IMG/VR virus record: IMGVR_UViG_3300025459_000003
Span: 32,001 to 96,000 of that record
DNA length: 64,000 nucleotides
From: a virus
Strand: one strand, 5' to 3'
Under the pieces are notes generated by a model. The model did no database searches and was not told the DNA's origin. It worked only from the letters and a program-made list of their open reading frames with translations. The stretch's first letter is position 1. The number at the start of each line of letters is the position of its first letter. A program made the position numbers and the translations under genes. Shown one piece after another: positions 37,954 through 48,200 of this stretch.

Positions 37954-40506
37954 TCAGGCGCTTGTGGCGGCGGCCAGATTCTTAGCTGCATTCTCCGTCT
38001 TCTTGAAGCGTGCGTGACAGTTGGGGCATTCGAGCCTGTTGTTCTTCGTGACGCCGAATGCGCCGAAGTAGCCGCAGGAGTTGCACGTCTGTACGACTTC
38101 GAGCGACGCCGCTTTCGTGACTGCGACCTCCACCCCGTGATTCCGTCCGATGTTTCTGAGGATGGCGGTGAAGTCCCCCAGGGCCAGCCGCTGCCTGTAT
38201 TCGTGGAACATTTCCGTCTTCTTGGACTTTTCCCGGCTTTCCCCGATCCCCTTGACGTCCATGTTCTTGATTACGACCTTCCCGTAACCATTGTCCGCCA
38301 GCGTCTGCATGATCAGCGTGCAGACCTTCTCGTACTCCTTCTCGCGGCGACCGGTAATGCGCCCGCTGATGAAGTTGAACAGCTCTCCGGCCTTGGCGTC
38401 CTCGGTCGCCCATTTCACGATTGCCGCCCTGGCCTCGGGATGCGCCGCCATGAGGATGTCGTCCTTGAGCAGGCTTTTGATGCCCGAGGAACGGCTTCTT
38501 TTGAGCCAGGGAGGAACATCGTCGCCCAGCTCCTCCATGAGGTGTTCTTTGAGGCGATCCTCGCAGAGGTCCCGCTCGGCCTGCATCTCCTTCTTGTACT
38601 CGAACGTGTCGGTTTCCTTCTTGCCATGCTCCCGGTTCCGCCTGCCCCACCGAGTTTCGCCCAGTTCGGCCACGAAGGGCTCGGGGTCGAAGGAGAAGAG
38701 CCTGACGCCTGTTTCCTTCTCGGTCACGATGCGCATGTTTAGCATCTTCGAGGAGGCCGCGTCCAGGACGTCCATCTTGCTTTCGAAGTCAGAGGCGCTC
38801 TCGGTCCCCCCTTCCGGCAGGCCGCTGGAAGCAAGCCACTTGCCCGTCATGCCGCTCCATTCGGCAGCCGATAGGAAACTATGTCGCAGCTCGGGGCGCT
38901 CGCCGAGGACGCCCGCGACGGCGTATGCCAGCATCGGGGGCCTCGGGTTCATGTTTGCGAAGATCGCCATCGTCCTGCCTTCGGCGGGAAGGCTCAGGGT
39001 GCCGATCTGTGCCAGGTTCTCCCTGGTGCTCCATCGCAGGTCGAGGCCTGCGGTGCTCCCCTTCACGGGCGCAGGGGCGGGCAGCTCCAGCGATAGGGAG
39101 AGCGAAATCCTCCCCGTCCTTTCCTTGAAGGAAAGCCACCATTTCTTGATGTAATGGCTTCCGGCCTTCTCCCCGAGGTTCGACGTTATTAGGACCCCCA
39201 CGGTAAAGGGCTTCAGGCCCTTTCCGCCGGAGAATGTCAGGGGACGTAGCTGCCGGTTTCTCCAGCGCTTTCCCCGGCCCTTGCCCGCCTCCTCGTGCCC
39301 GCTGTCCTGGGGGTCTACGGGAGGGCCCAGCGTCAGGCCTAGTACTTCCTGGCCCGCAAGGAAGCTTCGTATGGTGGTGGCCTCCGAGTTCCCTTGCTTG
39401 TTGCGGTTGGCAAGGGTGATGTTTCCGCTTTTCTCGTCCTCCTCGTAGCGCAGCTTCGGGAGCCCCTTCCATGGCTTCTCGTCGTTGGTTATGCGCTGCT
39501 TCAAGGTGCATTTGATGTTCTCGAACACGACGTCCCGCTCCGGCAGGGAGGAGAACATCTGCCGGACCCCGTCCAGGCTGGGGGCCTTGTTCGGCCGCTG
39601 CTTCCATCCTTCCTTGTCGTCGAACACCATCTCCCTGAGCGGATATTTCCCTGCGCGCACGTCCGGGTCGTTGCGCCAGCATTCGTCCCAGTGGTTGATC
39701 ATGCGGAAGAGCGGGGTGAAGTCGGTGGGATATTGGGCGAGGAACTTGTCAATCTCCTCCAAGAGGCCTTCGGGCACGGGATGCTCGTGCTTCTTGTCGT
39801 GCCGCAGGTTGCTGGCAACCATCCGCAAGGAGACAGCGGACAAATCCGTCTTCGCCTTTTCGCTGAGCTCGTTCTTGTAGGAGAACTTCCGGCCCTTGCC
39901 TTGACGCATGTTGAACTGGTCGAGGACCTCGACCACGTGAGTGGCGAATGTCCCGAGTTCCACGGCCGGGATGCTCTGCGTGCATGCCCGAAGGGCTTCC
40001 TTGAACATGTACGCCATGTGCTGCCTTGCCTTTCTGACCCTCGTCTTGACGCCTTCTAGCCACGCTGGAATCTCACTGGTGGCTATGCCCACATGGTGTA
40101 GGTAGATGGGCATCAGCCAACCCTTCGATATGGAGGTCGAATCTCTTTTTATCCCTGTGTTTCCGGAGATCACGAAGACGGTTTCGGGATGCTTCTTGGT
40201 CGCCACTCGCTGCTTGAAGGTCGCCAGGCGTTGGCACGCCTTTCCGTTGACCATGTAGGGCGTCTCGGAGGCATAGAGGACGATCTCGATCTGTTGCCCG
40301 GCTTCAACCATCCCGTCCATCGCCACGGGGGAGTCGAGCACGGCCCTGTTCCTCCCGCTACCGATGGACAATTTATGTGTTTTCGGGAAAAACGCAATGG
40401 TTCCCGATGAAAATTGTCTGGACTTCGACCTATCTATTCGGTCGGCATGCAGTCGGAGTTCCGTCCCGTCCCATGTCACCTTCGTCCATTCCGCCTTTTT
40501 GAGCAT
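37954..40506 (-). CDS. TnpB/Cas12-like type V effector, predicted nuclease-dead (~850 aa)
   Basis: RuvC-I AGLDLRW, RuvC-II VVIKNM (E->K), CNSC/CPNC zinc finger, RuvC-III KKTENAAKNL (D->T); GGGAGG RBS before ATG 40506; linked to the array. Confidence 0.8.
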   Translation of the reverse strand: MLKKAEWTKVTWDGTELRLHADRIDRSKSRQFSSGTIAFFPKTHKLSIGSGRNRAVLDSPVAMDGMVEAGQQIEIVLYASETPYMVNGKACQRLATFKQRVATKKHPETVFVISGNTGIKRDSTSISKGWLMPIYLHHVGIATSEIPAWLEGVKTRVRKARQHMAYMFKEALRACTQSIPAVELGTFATHVVEVLDQFNMRQGKGRKFSYKNELSEKAKTDLSAVSLRMVASNLRHDKKHEHPVPEGLLEEIDKFLAQYPTDFTPLFRMINHWDECWRNDPDVRAGKYPLREMVFDDKEGWKQRPNKAPSLDGVRQMFSSLPERDVVFENIKCTLKQRITNDEKPWKGLPKLRYEEDEKSGNITLANRNKQGNSEATTIRSFLAGQEVLGLTLGPPVDPQDSGHEEAGKGRGKRWRNRQLRPLTFSGGKGLKPFTVGVLITSNLGEKAGSHYIKKWWLSFKERTGRISLSLSLELPAPAPVKGSTAGLDLRWSTRENLAQIGTLSLPAEGRTMAIFANMNPRPPMLAYAVAGVLGERPELRHSFLSAAEWSGMTGKWLASSGLPEGGTESASDFESKMDVLDAASSKMLNMRIVTEKETGVRLFSFDPEPFVAELGETRWGRRNREHGKKETDTFEYKKEMQAERDLCEDRLKEHLMEELGDDVPPWLKRSRSSGIKSLLKDDILMAAHPEARAAIVKWATEDAKAGELFNFISGRITGRREKEYEKVCTLIMQTLADNGYGKVVIKNMDVKGIGESREKSKKTEMFHEYRQRLALGDFTAILRNIGRNHGVEVAVTKAASLEVVQTCNSCGYFGAFGVTKNNRLECPNCHARFKKTENAAKNLAAATSA

Positions 40507-40524
40507 ATGTATCCTCCCGTCCTT

Positions 40525-40558
40525 ACTATACACCGTTGGACGAGCAATTTTCGGGAAT
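40525..40558 (-). promoter_or_regulatory. promoter of the cas operon (CGAAAA-N17-TATAGT with extended TG)
   Basis: Same family as the other phage promoters; back-to-back with a + strand GGTATACT. Confidence 0.6.
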
Positions 40559-40603
40559 TTTTCAAGTTTTTCGGTATACTATCATCTGGGGTAGGGAGGC
40601 GGC

Positions 40604-40954
40604 ATGCCAATCAAGCCGAGGACTTGCAGGAAATGCACGAAGAACTTCGTACTGATGCCCGGGAAGCCCGGCAACGCCAACGACTGCCCATCGTGCTCCG
40701 GGGAGGACGTCCCCCTGGTGATGGCGAAGGTGAGCTGGGAGGGCAAGCACTGCATGATCCTGGAGATCACCGCCGACAGGGCGGAGGCGGAGCGGTTCAA
40801 CCGTGCCCAGGCCAGGGGCGGCATGGGCCCGCTGTCGGCGATGTGCGGGAGCGGCGAGGACAAGGACGGCCAGGAGGCGTCGAAGCAGAGGACGGGGGCG
40901 GGGGTCGGGGACCTCTACCGGTCGAGGCTCAACGAAAAAAGAAGGGTCAAATAG
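40604..40954 (+). CDS. Zn-ribbon hypothetical protein
   Basis: CRKC...CPSC; RBS and TATACT upstream. Confidence 0.6.
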   Translation: MPIKPRTCRKCTKNFVLMPGKPGNANDCPSCSGEDVPLVMAKVSWEGKHCMILEITADRAEAERFNRAQARGGMGPLSAMCGSGEDKDGQEASKQRTGAGVGDLYRSRLNEKRRVK

Positions 40955-40987
40955 GCGAGGGTCGACTTCCGGAACAGTTTCAGAAGT

Positions 40988-41284
40988 TCAAATCAAGGAA
41001 CGGATGCTGACCGCCCCGTAGGACGCCGACGTGGGGATGGCGGTCGCCGCCCGTGCGGCGGCATGGCGGACGAGGACGGGCCTATGGGCGTCCGGGGAGG
41101 GCTCCCAGGCCGCCTCCTCGTCGTCCTCGGGCGCGTCCCGGAGCCAGTCGAGTAGGTCACCCTCCTCCTCCCGGTCCACGAGCGTGCGCTCGTCGAGGCC
41201 GTAGTCGTCCGCCAGCCCCGCCATGAACTCCTTCCACGGGAGGAAGGACACCGCCTGCCCCGCCCTTTTAAGCTGTGGTCGCAT
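40988..41284 (-). CDS. hypothetical protein
   Basis: 98-aa acidic ORF. Confidence 0.4.
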   Translation of the reverse strand: MRPQLKRAGQAVSFLPWKEFMAGLADDYGLDERTLVDREEEGDLLDWLRDAPEDDEEAAWEPSPDAHRPVLVRHAAARAATAIPTSASYGAVSIRSLI

Positions 41285-41873
41285 TGAAAACCCTCACTGC
41301 TTTGTGCTCTCTCATGGTTCGGATGCACTTTCCGATTTCGACCCATTCGTCGTAAGAAAACAGGTTGGACTTTCCTCGATTACAGCGAGTACAACAGACA
41401 ACCACATTGTCCTTGGTATAGCCTTTCAGGTTGTCTTTGCGATCAAGGTAGTAGGCTTGTCGATGTCCTGGGGATCTCAAATGGATGTTGTGCTTAGTCC
41501 ATATGATGGGCACATCGCAATAATGACACTTGTTTATCCTTGTGAACTCCAGAAAATCTTCGTAGGTTATGTCAGTTCCCTTTCCCGGAACCTTGCAGAC
41601 ATAGAGAAAGCTGCTGTAAAGGGACTCATATGGGCGTTTTCGTGTCAGTTTCGACACATTCTCCCTTCTATAGCATCCGCAACTGATGGTATTTCTCCTG
41701 TGGTTTCCGTGAAGATTGCCAATGGGTACGGTCACTACATTCCCGCAATCGCATAGGCATTCCCAAGTTACGGGCTTGTAGGAAACCACCTTTACGGGCC
41801 GCAACCTCCCGATCCTTTCCTTTGATAGATCAAGGATGGTTTTACGACCCTTCAAGTCCTTTAGTTTCTCCAT
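41268..41873 (-). CDS. HNH homing endonuclease
   Basis: W.C.CDCG, SCGC, CHYC, LDRKDN.KGY.KDNVV.CC..CN..K; low GC. Confidence 0.85.
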   Translation of the reverse strand: MEKLKDLKGRKTILDLSKERIGRLRPVKVVSYKPVTWECLCDCGNVVTVPIGNLHGNHRRNTISCGCYRRENVSKLTRKRPYESLYSSFLYVCKVPGKGTDITYEDFLEFTRINKCHYCDVPIIWTKHNIHLRSPGHRQAYYLDRKDNLKGYTKDNVVVCCTRCNRGKSNLFSYDEWVEIGKCIRTMREHKAVRVFNATTA

Positions 41874-41874
41874 T

Positions 41875-43398
41875 TTATTTAATGTCAGAATCCCTGACTC
41901 CAGTAATGAAACGATACTTCAGGAGTAGAGATTCACTGTCCAAGCTCTCGGCCCTAACAAATACCTCATACACAAATCCTCCATTTAGGGTGCTATTCCA
42001 GACAGCACTTTGCGCCCACGAATCGTTGATGCAACTTTGAATTTCGCTGTCGTTCAGCTTGTCCACCAGGTGCTTTACCCGGCTGCCCATCCCCTCCTGG
42101 CCCATGAGCAGGCCCGACATGCCGGAGAAGTCCCGCTGCTCCACCTGGTCGAGCTGGAGGGAGCCGGTCCCCGGCACCTTGTCCAGCGGCGGCCGGCTGG
42201 TCACCTTCCATGCGCTGATGAACGTGGCCGCCACCTCCGCCATGACCTTCTTGAGGAACGCCCCGAACTGCTCCTTCTCGCCCCCGAACGCCGCCGCCTG
42301 CTTGGCGACCACGTTCATCGCCCCGCCCTCAGGGCCCATGTCGAAGTTCTGGTAGAATTCCTCCTGGAACATCGGGCCCCTGATCTCGTCCTCAGTCCGG
42401 AACGGCTTGCCTTCGAGCACCTGCGGCTTGAAGTCCCTGCCGAGGCCGACCGCCCCCGGGGAGGTGCTGACGTAGCCCAGCTTCTTCATCCCGTCAAAGG
42501 ACGCCTCGATGGCGATGTCGAGCTCGGGGTCCTCGTGCGGGTCCCCGACGATCCCCCCTATCGTGGACTCGTTCGTCCCCTTGGCGACGTCCACCCCGGA
42601 ATCTACCATGGGGGCGTTCGTGGCGTTGGGGGAGTCCACCAGCTCGTGCTGGAGGTCCGGATAGAATTCCCTGAGCGCCTGGCCGGGAAAAAAGAAGTTG
42701 AAGCCCGCCTCCTTCCCCGCCTTCCCGTCCTTGCGGACGTCCTTTTTCGACGCGACGACCCCGCCCTCCGTTGGCCCCATTTCCCTTTCCTTCGTCCCCC
42801 CGGAGTCGAACTGCACGGTCCCGCCCCTGGCCAGCGTCTCCACCGGGTCCTCGACCTGGTAGTTCTGGTGCCAGTAGACGTTCCCGTCCGGGTCGCTGAT
42901 GATGGGGGCGTCGGTCAGCGCCCCGAGGTCCTCGGGGGCCTCCCATCTCCAGCCATTTTCCGTGGCCTCCGCCAGCAGGTGGTGCAGGGCGTCGACGGTC
43001 GCCTCGTTCGCGAGGGATGCCGCCAGCCTCTGACCCTCGTCCGTGGCGGACACCTGGAGGCGTCCGTAGCCGTCCGTGGACAGGGTCACCAGCCGCCCCG
43101 TGAACCCCATATCCTCGGGCAGGTGCTCTTTGACGTCGTCGAGCGCCCCGCCCTCGCCTTCGGGCCTCATGGCCCATTCCTCCAGCTTGTCCGTGTCCGC
43201 CGTCTTGAGCCCCTCGGGCTTCTCCCCGTCGATGTAGCTCTTGTCGGAGGTGACGGCGACGGAGCCCGGGGCGGAGAAGTCCGGCCCCCACTTCTCGGCC
43301 GCGGCCTTGATGAAAGCCTCCGCCGTCTCGGGGGACGAGAAGCTCGCCTCCCGCTTCTTGCCCTTGAGCACGAACTCGACCTTGTTGTCCTTTGCCAT
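41875..43398 (-). CDS. acidic putative head/internal virion protein
   Basis: MAKDNK start with its own RBS; KxA motifs; in frame with the upstream NTase ORF. Confidence 0.55.
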   Translation of the reverse strand: MAKDNKVEFVLKGKKREASFSSPETAEAFIKAAAEKWGPDFSAPGSVAVTSDKSYIDGEKPEGLKTADTDKLEEWAMRPEGEGGALDDVKEHLPEDMGFTGRLVTLSTDGYGRLQVSATDEGQRLAASLANEATVDALHHLLAEATENGWRWEAPEDLGALTDAPIISDPDGNVYWHQNYQVEDPVETLARGGTVQFDSGGTKEREMGPTEGGVVASKKDVRKDGKAGKEAGFNFFFPGQALREFYPDLQHELVDSPNATNAPMVDSGVDVAKGTNESTIGGIVGDPHEDPELDIAIEASFDGMKKLGYVSTSPGAVGLGRDFKPQVLEGKPFRTEDEIRGPMFQEEFYQNFDMGPEGGAMNVVAKQAAAFGGEKEQFGAFLKKVMAEVAATFISAWKVTSRPPLDKVPGTGSLQLDQVEQRDFSGMSGLLMGQEGMGSRVKHLVDKLNDSEIQSCINDSWAQSAVWNSTLNGGFVYEVFVRAESLDSESLLLKYRFITGVRDSDIK

Positions 43399-44244
43399 TT
43401 TCTTCTCCCTATTAGACTGATGGAAAGCGAAAAGCTCGTCTTCCTCCGCCCCGGCAAGAAGTTCCAATGCCCTCTGACGGGATACCTTTTGCGGGGGCTC
43501 GTGCAGGCCGTCCCATATTTTTTCGTATTCCGTTTGATGCACTTTGCCTTTCATGAAATTACGAGGCAGGTTGTTGTTTATGACCAATGTTTTTACATCC
43601 ACGATATCCTGGCCTCGTACCTGCAATTTGATTTCGGCACCCTTGTAGCTGCCCATAAAGCTCCCTATCTTCAAATCCAACAAGGTGGGCAAATCGCAAA
43701 CTTTCGGTTCCGTGTTGATTTCCTGCGGTATGGGGTTGGGAACGTCAGTCCCTTTTATCTTCCATCCGCCTTGGATTATGTCTATCTTCACGTTGTTTTC
43801 GGGGTCCGAAACTGCTATCGGATTGAGAATCTTATACCCATTCTGGATCAGGATGTACCTCGCTTGCCTGGCATTCGACACGGACAAGTCGATGTCCTCG
43901 GTGTTGCGGGCATATCCGTGCTCTTGCACGGCAATTGCCCCCACGACCAGGGTGCCCACGCCGTTGGTTCCGAGGATTTTGACGACCTTGTTCAAGGCAT
44001 CTTCCTTGTTACCACTGAATTTCCGTATATGCACGGCCTCTTTGTGGTTGAATCCCGGCTGCGACACATTATCGGCCATGGAAGCCACTTGTTCCTTTTC
44101 GTCGTCCGCCAGCCGCATCCACGGACGGTCGAAGAAATCCACTGGGAACCTGTGGCTTTGCGTCCTCAGCCATCCGATACGAAGGTGGCCTAGCTTCAGG
44201 CCGTCCCATCGCCTTCCGACCTCCGTGTTGTCGATGGCATCCAT
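43399..44244 (-). CDS. nucleotidyltransferase-like domain (no stop before the next gene)
   Basis: VVGAIAV..HGY.R.TEDID, KIDI, L..LK, D..D motifs; lower GC. Confidence 0.65.
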
Positions 44245-44372
44245 CCGTTTCCTCAGGGCTCCGCCCCCTCGAAGTCCCTCAGCCTCGGGAACTCCTTCTG
44301 GAGGTCCTTCCATGCCAGCTCCGCCGCCTCGTCGTCGCTCTTCCCCTCGTCCACGTAGAACAAGGCGAAGTC

Positions 44373-45254
44373 CTATGCGTGCTCCTCCTCGGGGGTCAGC
44401 TTGACCAGCCTGCCGCCGGGGGCGCTTCCCGCCGCCCCGCCTTCGTCGGGCCCGATGGTCCCGAGGATCTTGACCTCCCCGGGGGCTCCCTTCCTCTTCG
44501 TGTCGGCGCATTCCTGGCAGAGCCTGGACTCGATGCCGAGCGCCTCCACCAGCACGGCGGCGGGATGCGGGCATTCCCCCGCGGCATGCCGCAGGACGCA
44601 CGCGCCCTCCTCGCAGCCGCATTTTTCCGGCCCGCCGGAAGCGGGTCGCGGGCCTCCGAAGTCGGCAAGGACCGACAAATAGGTCAGCCCGGTGCTGGCC
44701 TTGATGCCCATCTCCTTCATGAACCGCTTGTCGAAGCTGTTTTCCACCGGCATCCCCTCCCCCCTGGGCGCTTCCCTTTTTTCTTCCCTCACTGCCCTGT
44801 CCTGGGTTTCAGTCTCGTCCAACCAGTTCTCGGCTATCTCGGCCCAGTTCGGTTCCGTCCAGGGCTCCAGCCATCCCGACTGCCCGCCCATGTCGCTGCG
44901 GATGAGGTCCATCGCCTCGGCGAGGACGTCCCCCGCCCGGCTTCCCGTGCTCGGGGGCTTCTTTCCCTCGATCTGCCTGGCCTCGAACTCCCCGGACTCC
45001 GTCCGGGCCTCCAGGGCGTTCTCCTCGTATTCCCGCTTGGCCTGGTCCCTGATGCCCCTGAAGCGCTCGGCGAATTTCCTGGCGCAAAGGTTGACGATGC
45101 CCTGTTTCGGAAGGCCCCTCGACGCCCCCGACGCCATGGCGTGCCGGACGCCCAGCATGGCCGCGTCGTGGGTCGAGCGGCTGTTCCCGATCAGCAGGTT
45201 GACGTACCAGGTCTGCCAGTCCGTCCAGCCTTCAAAGTCGGCCTTCTTGAGCAT
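44373..45254 (-). CDS. putative head-associated modular protein (probable readthrough/extension to 44253)
   Basis: 293-aa ORF; coherent in-frame sequence continues past the TAG. Confidence 0.55.
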   Translation of the reverse strand: MLKKADFEGWTDWQTWYVNLLIGNSRSTHDAAMLGVRHAMASGASRGLPKQGIVNLCARKFAERFRGIRDQAKREYEENALEARTESGEFEARQIEGKKPPSTGSRAGDVLAEAMDLIRSDMGGQSGWLEPWTEPNWAEIAENWLDETETQDRAVREEKREAPRGEGMPVENSFDKRFMKEMGIKASTGLTYLSVLADFGGPRPASGGPEKCGCEEGACVLRHAAGECPHPAAVLVEALGIESRLCQECADTKRKGAPGEVKILGTIGPDEGGAAGSAPGGRLVKLTPEEEHA

Positions 45255-45255
45255 C

Positions 45256-48200
45256 CTATCTCCAGCCCGCCTGGGTCGGCAAGTGCTCCTGGATGTCGTC
45301 GAGCGCCCCGCCCTCGCCCTCGGGCCTCATCGCATAATACTCCAGCACCTCGTCGTCGTCGAGGTCCGCCGCCACGGCCTCCAGGAACCACTTCATGTGC
45401 TTCACGTTGCCGACTATCTGGCCGACGTTGGCCGCCACGTCGTAGATGCGCTCGTCGTCGTTGTCGATGAGCTCCTGGGCGAGCCTGAGCCTCATTTCGC
45501 CCTCGGGCGTTAGCCCTCCCTCGCTTGCCCTCTTTCCCGGGGGGGCCACTATCCCCTTCTCGATCAGCTTCTGCTCGTCCTCCATGCTCATGTTGCTTTC
45601 TTCCGGAATCACGTTCCTCGCCTCGGACTCCAGGCCCGGGCCGCCCACGACGTTCAGGCCGTCGTCCTTCATCCCTTCGATGATGGCGTCGGCATACCCG
45701 TGCTCGATTGCCGCCCCGCCCTCGTACCACTGCCAGTCTTCGAGCTGGAGGTTCTCGTCGATCCATTCCCTGGCGGCGTCGCTTTTCGGCCTCAGCAGGA
45801 CGATTGAGCCCAGGTCCTCGACCTCGACGTCGGCCTCCCCCTCGGGGGCGGGCGCTCCTTGCCCGGCCTTCTTCTTGGCGGGGGGCTCGTTGTTCAGCCC
45901 GCCCTCACCGGCCTGCGGGGCCTTGGCGGGCTCCTCCCCCGTCACTTCCGGAAGGTTGGCCGCGAGGTCCGCCAGGTCGCCCAGCATCGCCCCCATCCCC
46001 ATCTCCTCGTCCAGGTCGTCGCCCGTGGCGGCGCATCCCACCTTCGCCGCGTCGATGGGGTCGACGGTGCCGGAGGCGTTCGGGTTGTCCACCGGTCCCG
46101 CCTCGGGCCCGGCATGCCCGACGTCGGACGACGTGCCCAGATCGGCCTGCTTGGCGGCAAGCCTGGCGGGGCCGCCCGGCCCAGCGGCGGGACCCAGTAT
46201 GTTGGCATAGTCGAACTTGCCATCGGGGGCATCGGAGTGGAGCTCCGGAATCCTCGCCCTCCCGCTCCAGAATTGCACCCTGTCGCCTTCCTTGAGGGGA
46301 AAGTCCGCCGCATCCCATAGCGTGAAATACCTCGTGCCGTCGATGGTCACCCACGAGTATTCCGAGCCGTCCTCACTGCGTCCGGCTTCGATTTTCTCGA
46401 CGGTCCCCTCCCGTTCCGGGGGCTCCTGGTCGCTCTCGCGCACCGACTGGCGCAGTTCGCCCGGCACGTCCGAGCCGGCCGGGAAGCCGTCCTCGTCCGT
46501 AGCTGCCAGCTTCGCCGGGTCGACCGTCTGGGTCGCGGCGGGGTTGTCGGCGAGGGACGACTTCGCCCCCTTGTCGGTCTCCGACCTGGCCTTCGCAACG
46601 TCCGGGGCCACCCCGTCCGCCGCCTTGGCGAACTTCCCCGGGTCCTCCGTCCTCGTGGCGTCCGGGTTGTCGGCGATGGAGTCCTTCGCCCCGTGGTCGA
46701 GCCTGGACTTGGCCTCGGCGATGTCGGGCGACACGGACTGGTCGGCCTTCTTGGCGGCCAGCTTTTCCGCATCAACGGTCTGCGTGGAGACGGGGGTGTT
46801 CGCCAGCTCGGCCTTGGTCTTGCCCTCCAGCCCGGACTTCGCCTTAGCGACGTCCGGGGCGACGTCCTGGTCGGCCTTTTTGACCTTCGCCTTGCCGTCC
46901 CCCACCGAGATGGCGATGGCGACCTCCGGGTCGTCCTTGGCCTTCTCCGAGGCTCTGATCCCGGCGTGCTCCAACGCGTCGTCCCATATGCTCCCGAAGG
47001 ACTGCACCTGGATGGAGCGCTTCTTGTTCAGGGCCTTCTCCCTCCTGGCGGAGGCGGCCCTGGAGCGCTCGGAAACGGCGGCCTCGTCCCCGTCCAGCGG
47101 GCGGGCGATCTCCTCAGCCACCGCGTCGGCGGTGCCCTCCTCGCCCTTCCTGGCCTCCGCCCTCTGCTGCACCAGCTTGGAGTGCCCCGTCTCGGCCCTG
47201 CGGACCTCGGCATGCGACGCGGCCTTCGCCGTCTTGGGTTTCTCCTTGTCGGTCTTGGGGTCCATCGCCCCCTCGCCGCCCTTCTCGTTGGCGATGTTGT
47301 CCACAGTGTCGGCGGTCTTGCGGCCCTCCCCGACGACCCCGTAGTCCTTCGGGTCCACGGAGCCCGTCACCAGGGGATTGTCCTGCCATGCCGCCTCGGC
47401 GCTCTCGTATCCGAGCCGCCTGGCAAGGCCCCACGTGTCCGAGTATGCCTTGAACTCCTCGAACCCGCCATCGTAGACGTTCTGGAGGCGATCCTCCCAC
47501 GTCGCCCGATGGCTGCTCGCCTCCTTCTTGTCATCCTTCTTCTCGTCATCCTTCGTGCCGGGCAGCTTCCCTTTGTTCTTGCAGAAGCCGCACTCGCAGC
47601 CCTTGGCATGGGCGGCCGCCTTTTTGAGCGATCCGCTGTGGGCGTGCATGTCCTGGAGGTGTGACTTGGCCGCCTCCTCGCTCTTGTGGCTGGAGAGTAT
47701 CTTACCCGTCTCGTGGGACTTCACGCACCATTCCGCCAGCTCGCCCTTTGAGTTCTTGTGGCCCTTGCAGTGCTCGACGTAGGAGACCTTGACGAACGCC
47801 GCCCTCTTCCTGGGGGGGAGGCCGATTGCCTTTCCGGCAAGCTCCCGCCAGGTCGGGGCGTAGAACTCGTCGTAGCTCAGGCTGGTCCTTCCCGGCGCGC
47901 CGTCGTTCGCCCACGGTCCCGCCGTCTTGGCGTCGCTGGCCTTCTTCGAGTCCCGGGCCGCCAGCGAGTTCGTGTAGCATGCCCGGCAGAGGCCCCACTT
48001 TTTCCCCTTGGAGTCCGTGTACTGCTCGGTCGCGTCGTTCGGGCAGGGCCTGCTGCCGTTCGGGTTCTGGCACTTTGCCGCCCCCGTCTTGGGGTTCGGG
48101 TCGGGGGCCTTCTCGGGCTCCGTCCCGCGGGTGTTGGCCTTCTCGGCGTCGGTCTTGGGATGGATGATGTTGGCTTCCCCGCCCGCCTCGTTCGCCGGGT

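Noticed and set aside
37954-40533. IS200/IS605 TnpB transposon or a CAST (Cas12k) element
   Set aside because: No tnpA, tnsB, tnsC or tniQ and no transposon ends seen; the protein is too large for TnpB and is tied to an array
40507-40533. ORF-track start of the effector at 40533
   Set aside because: It overlaps the -10 box; ATG 40506 has a GGGAGG RBS
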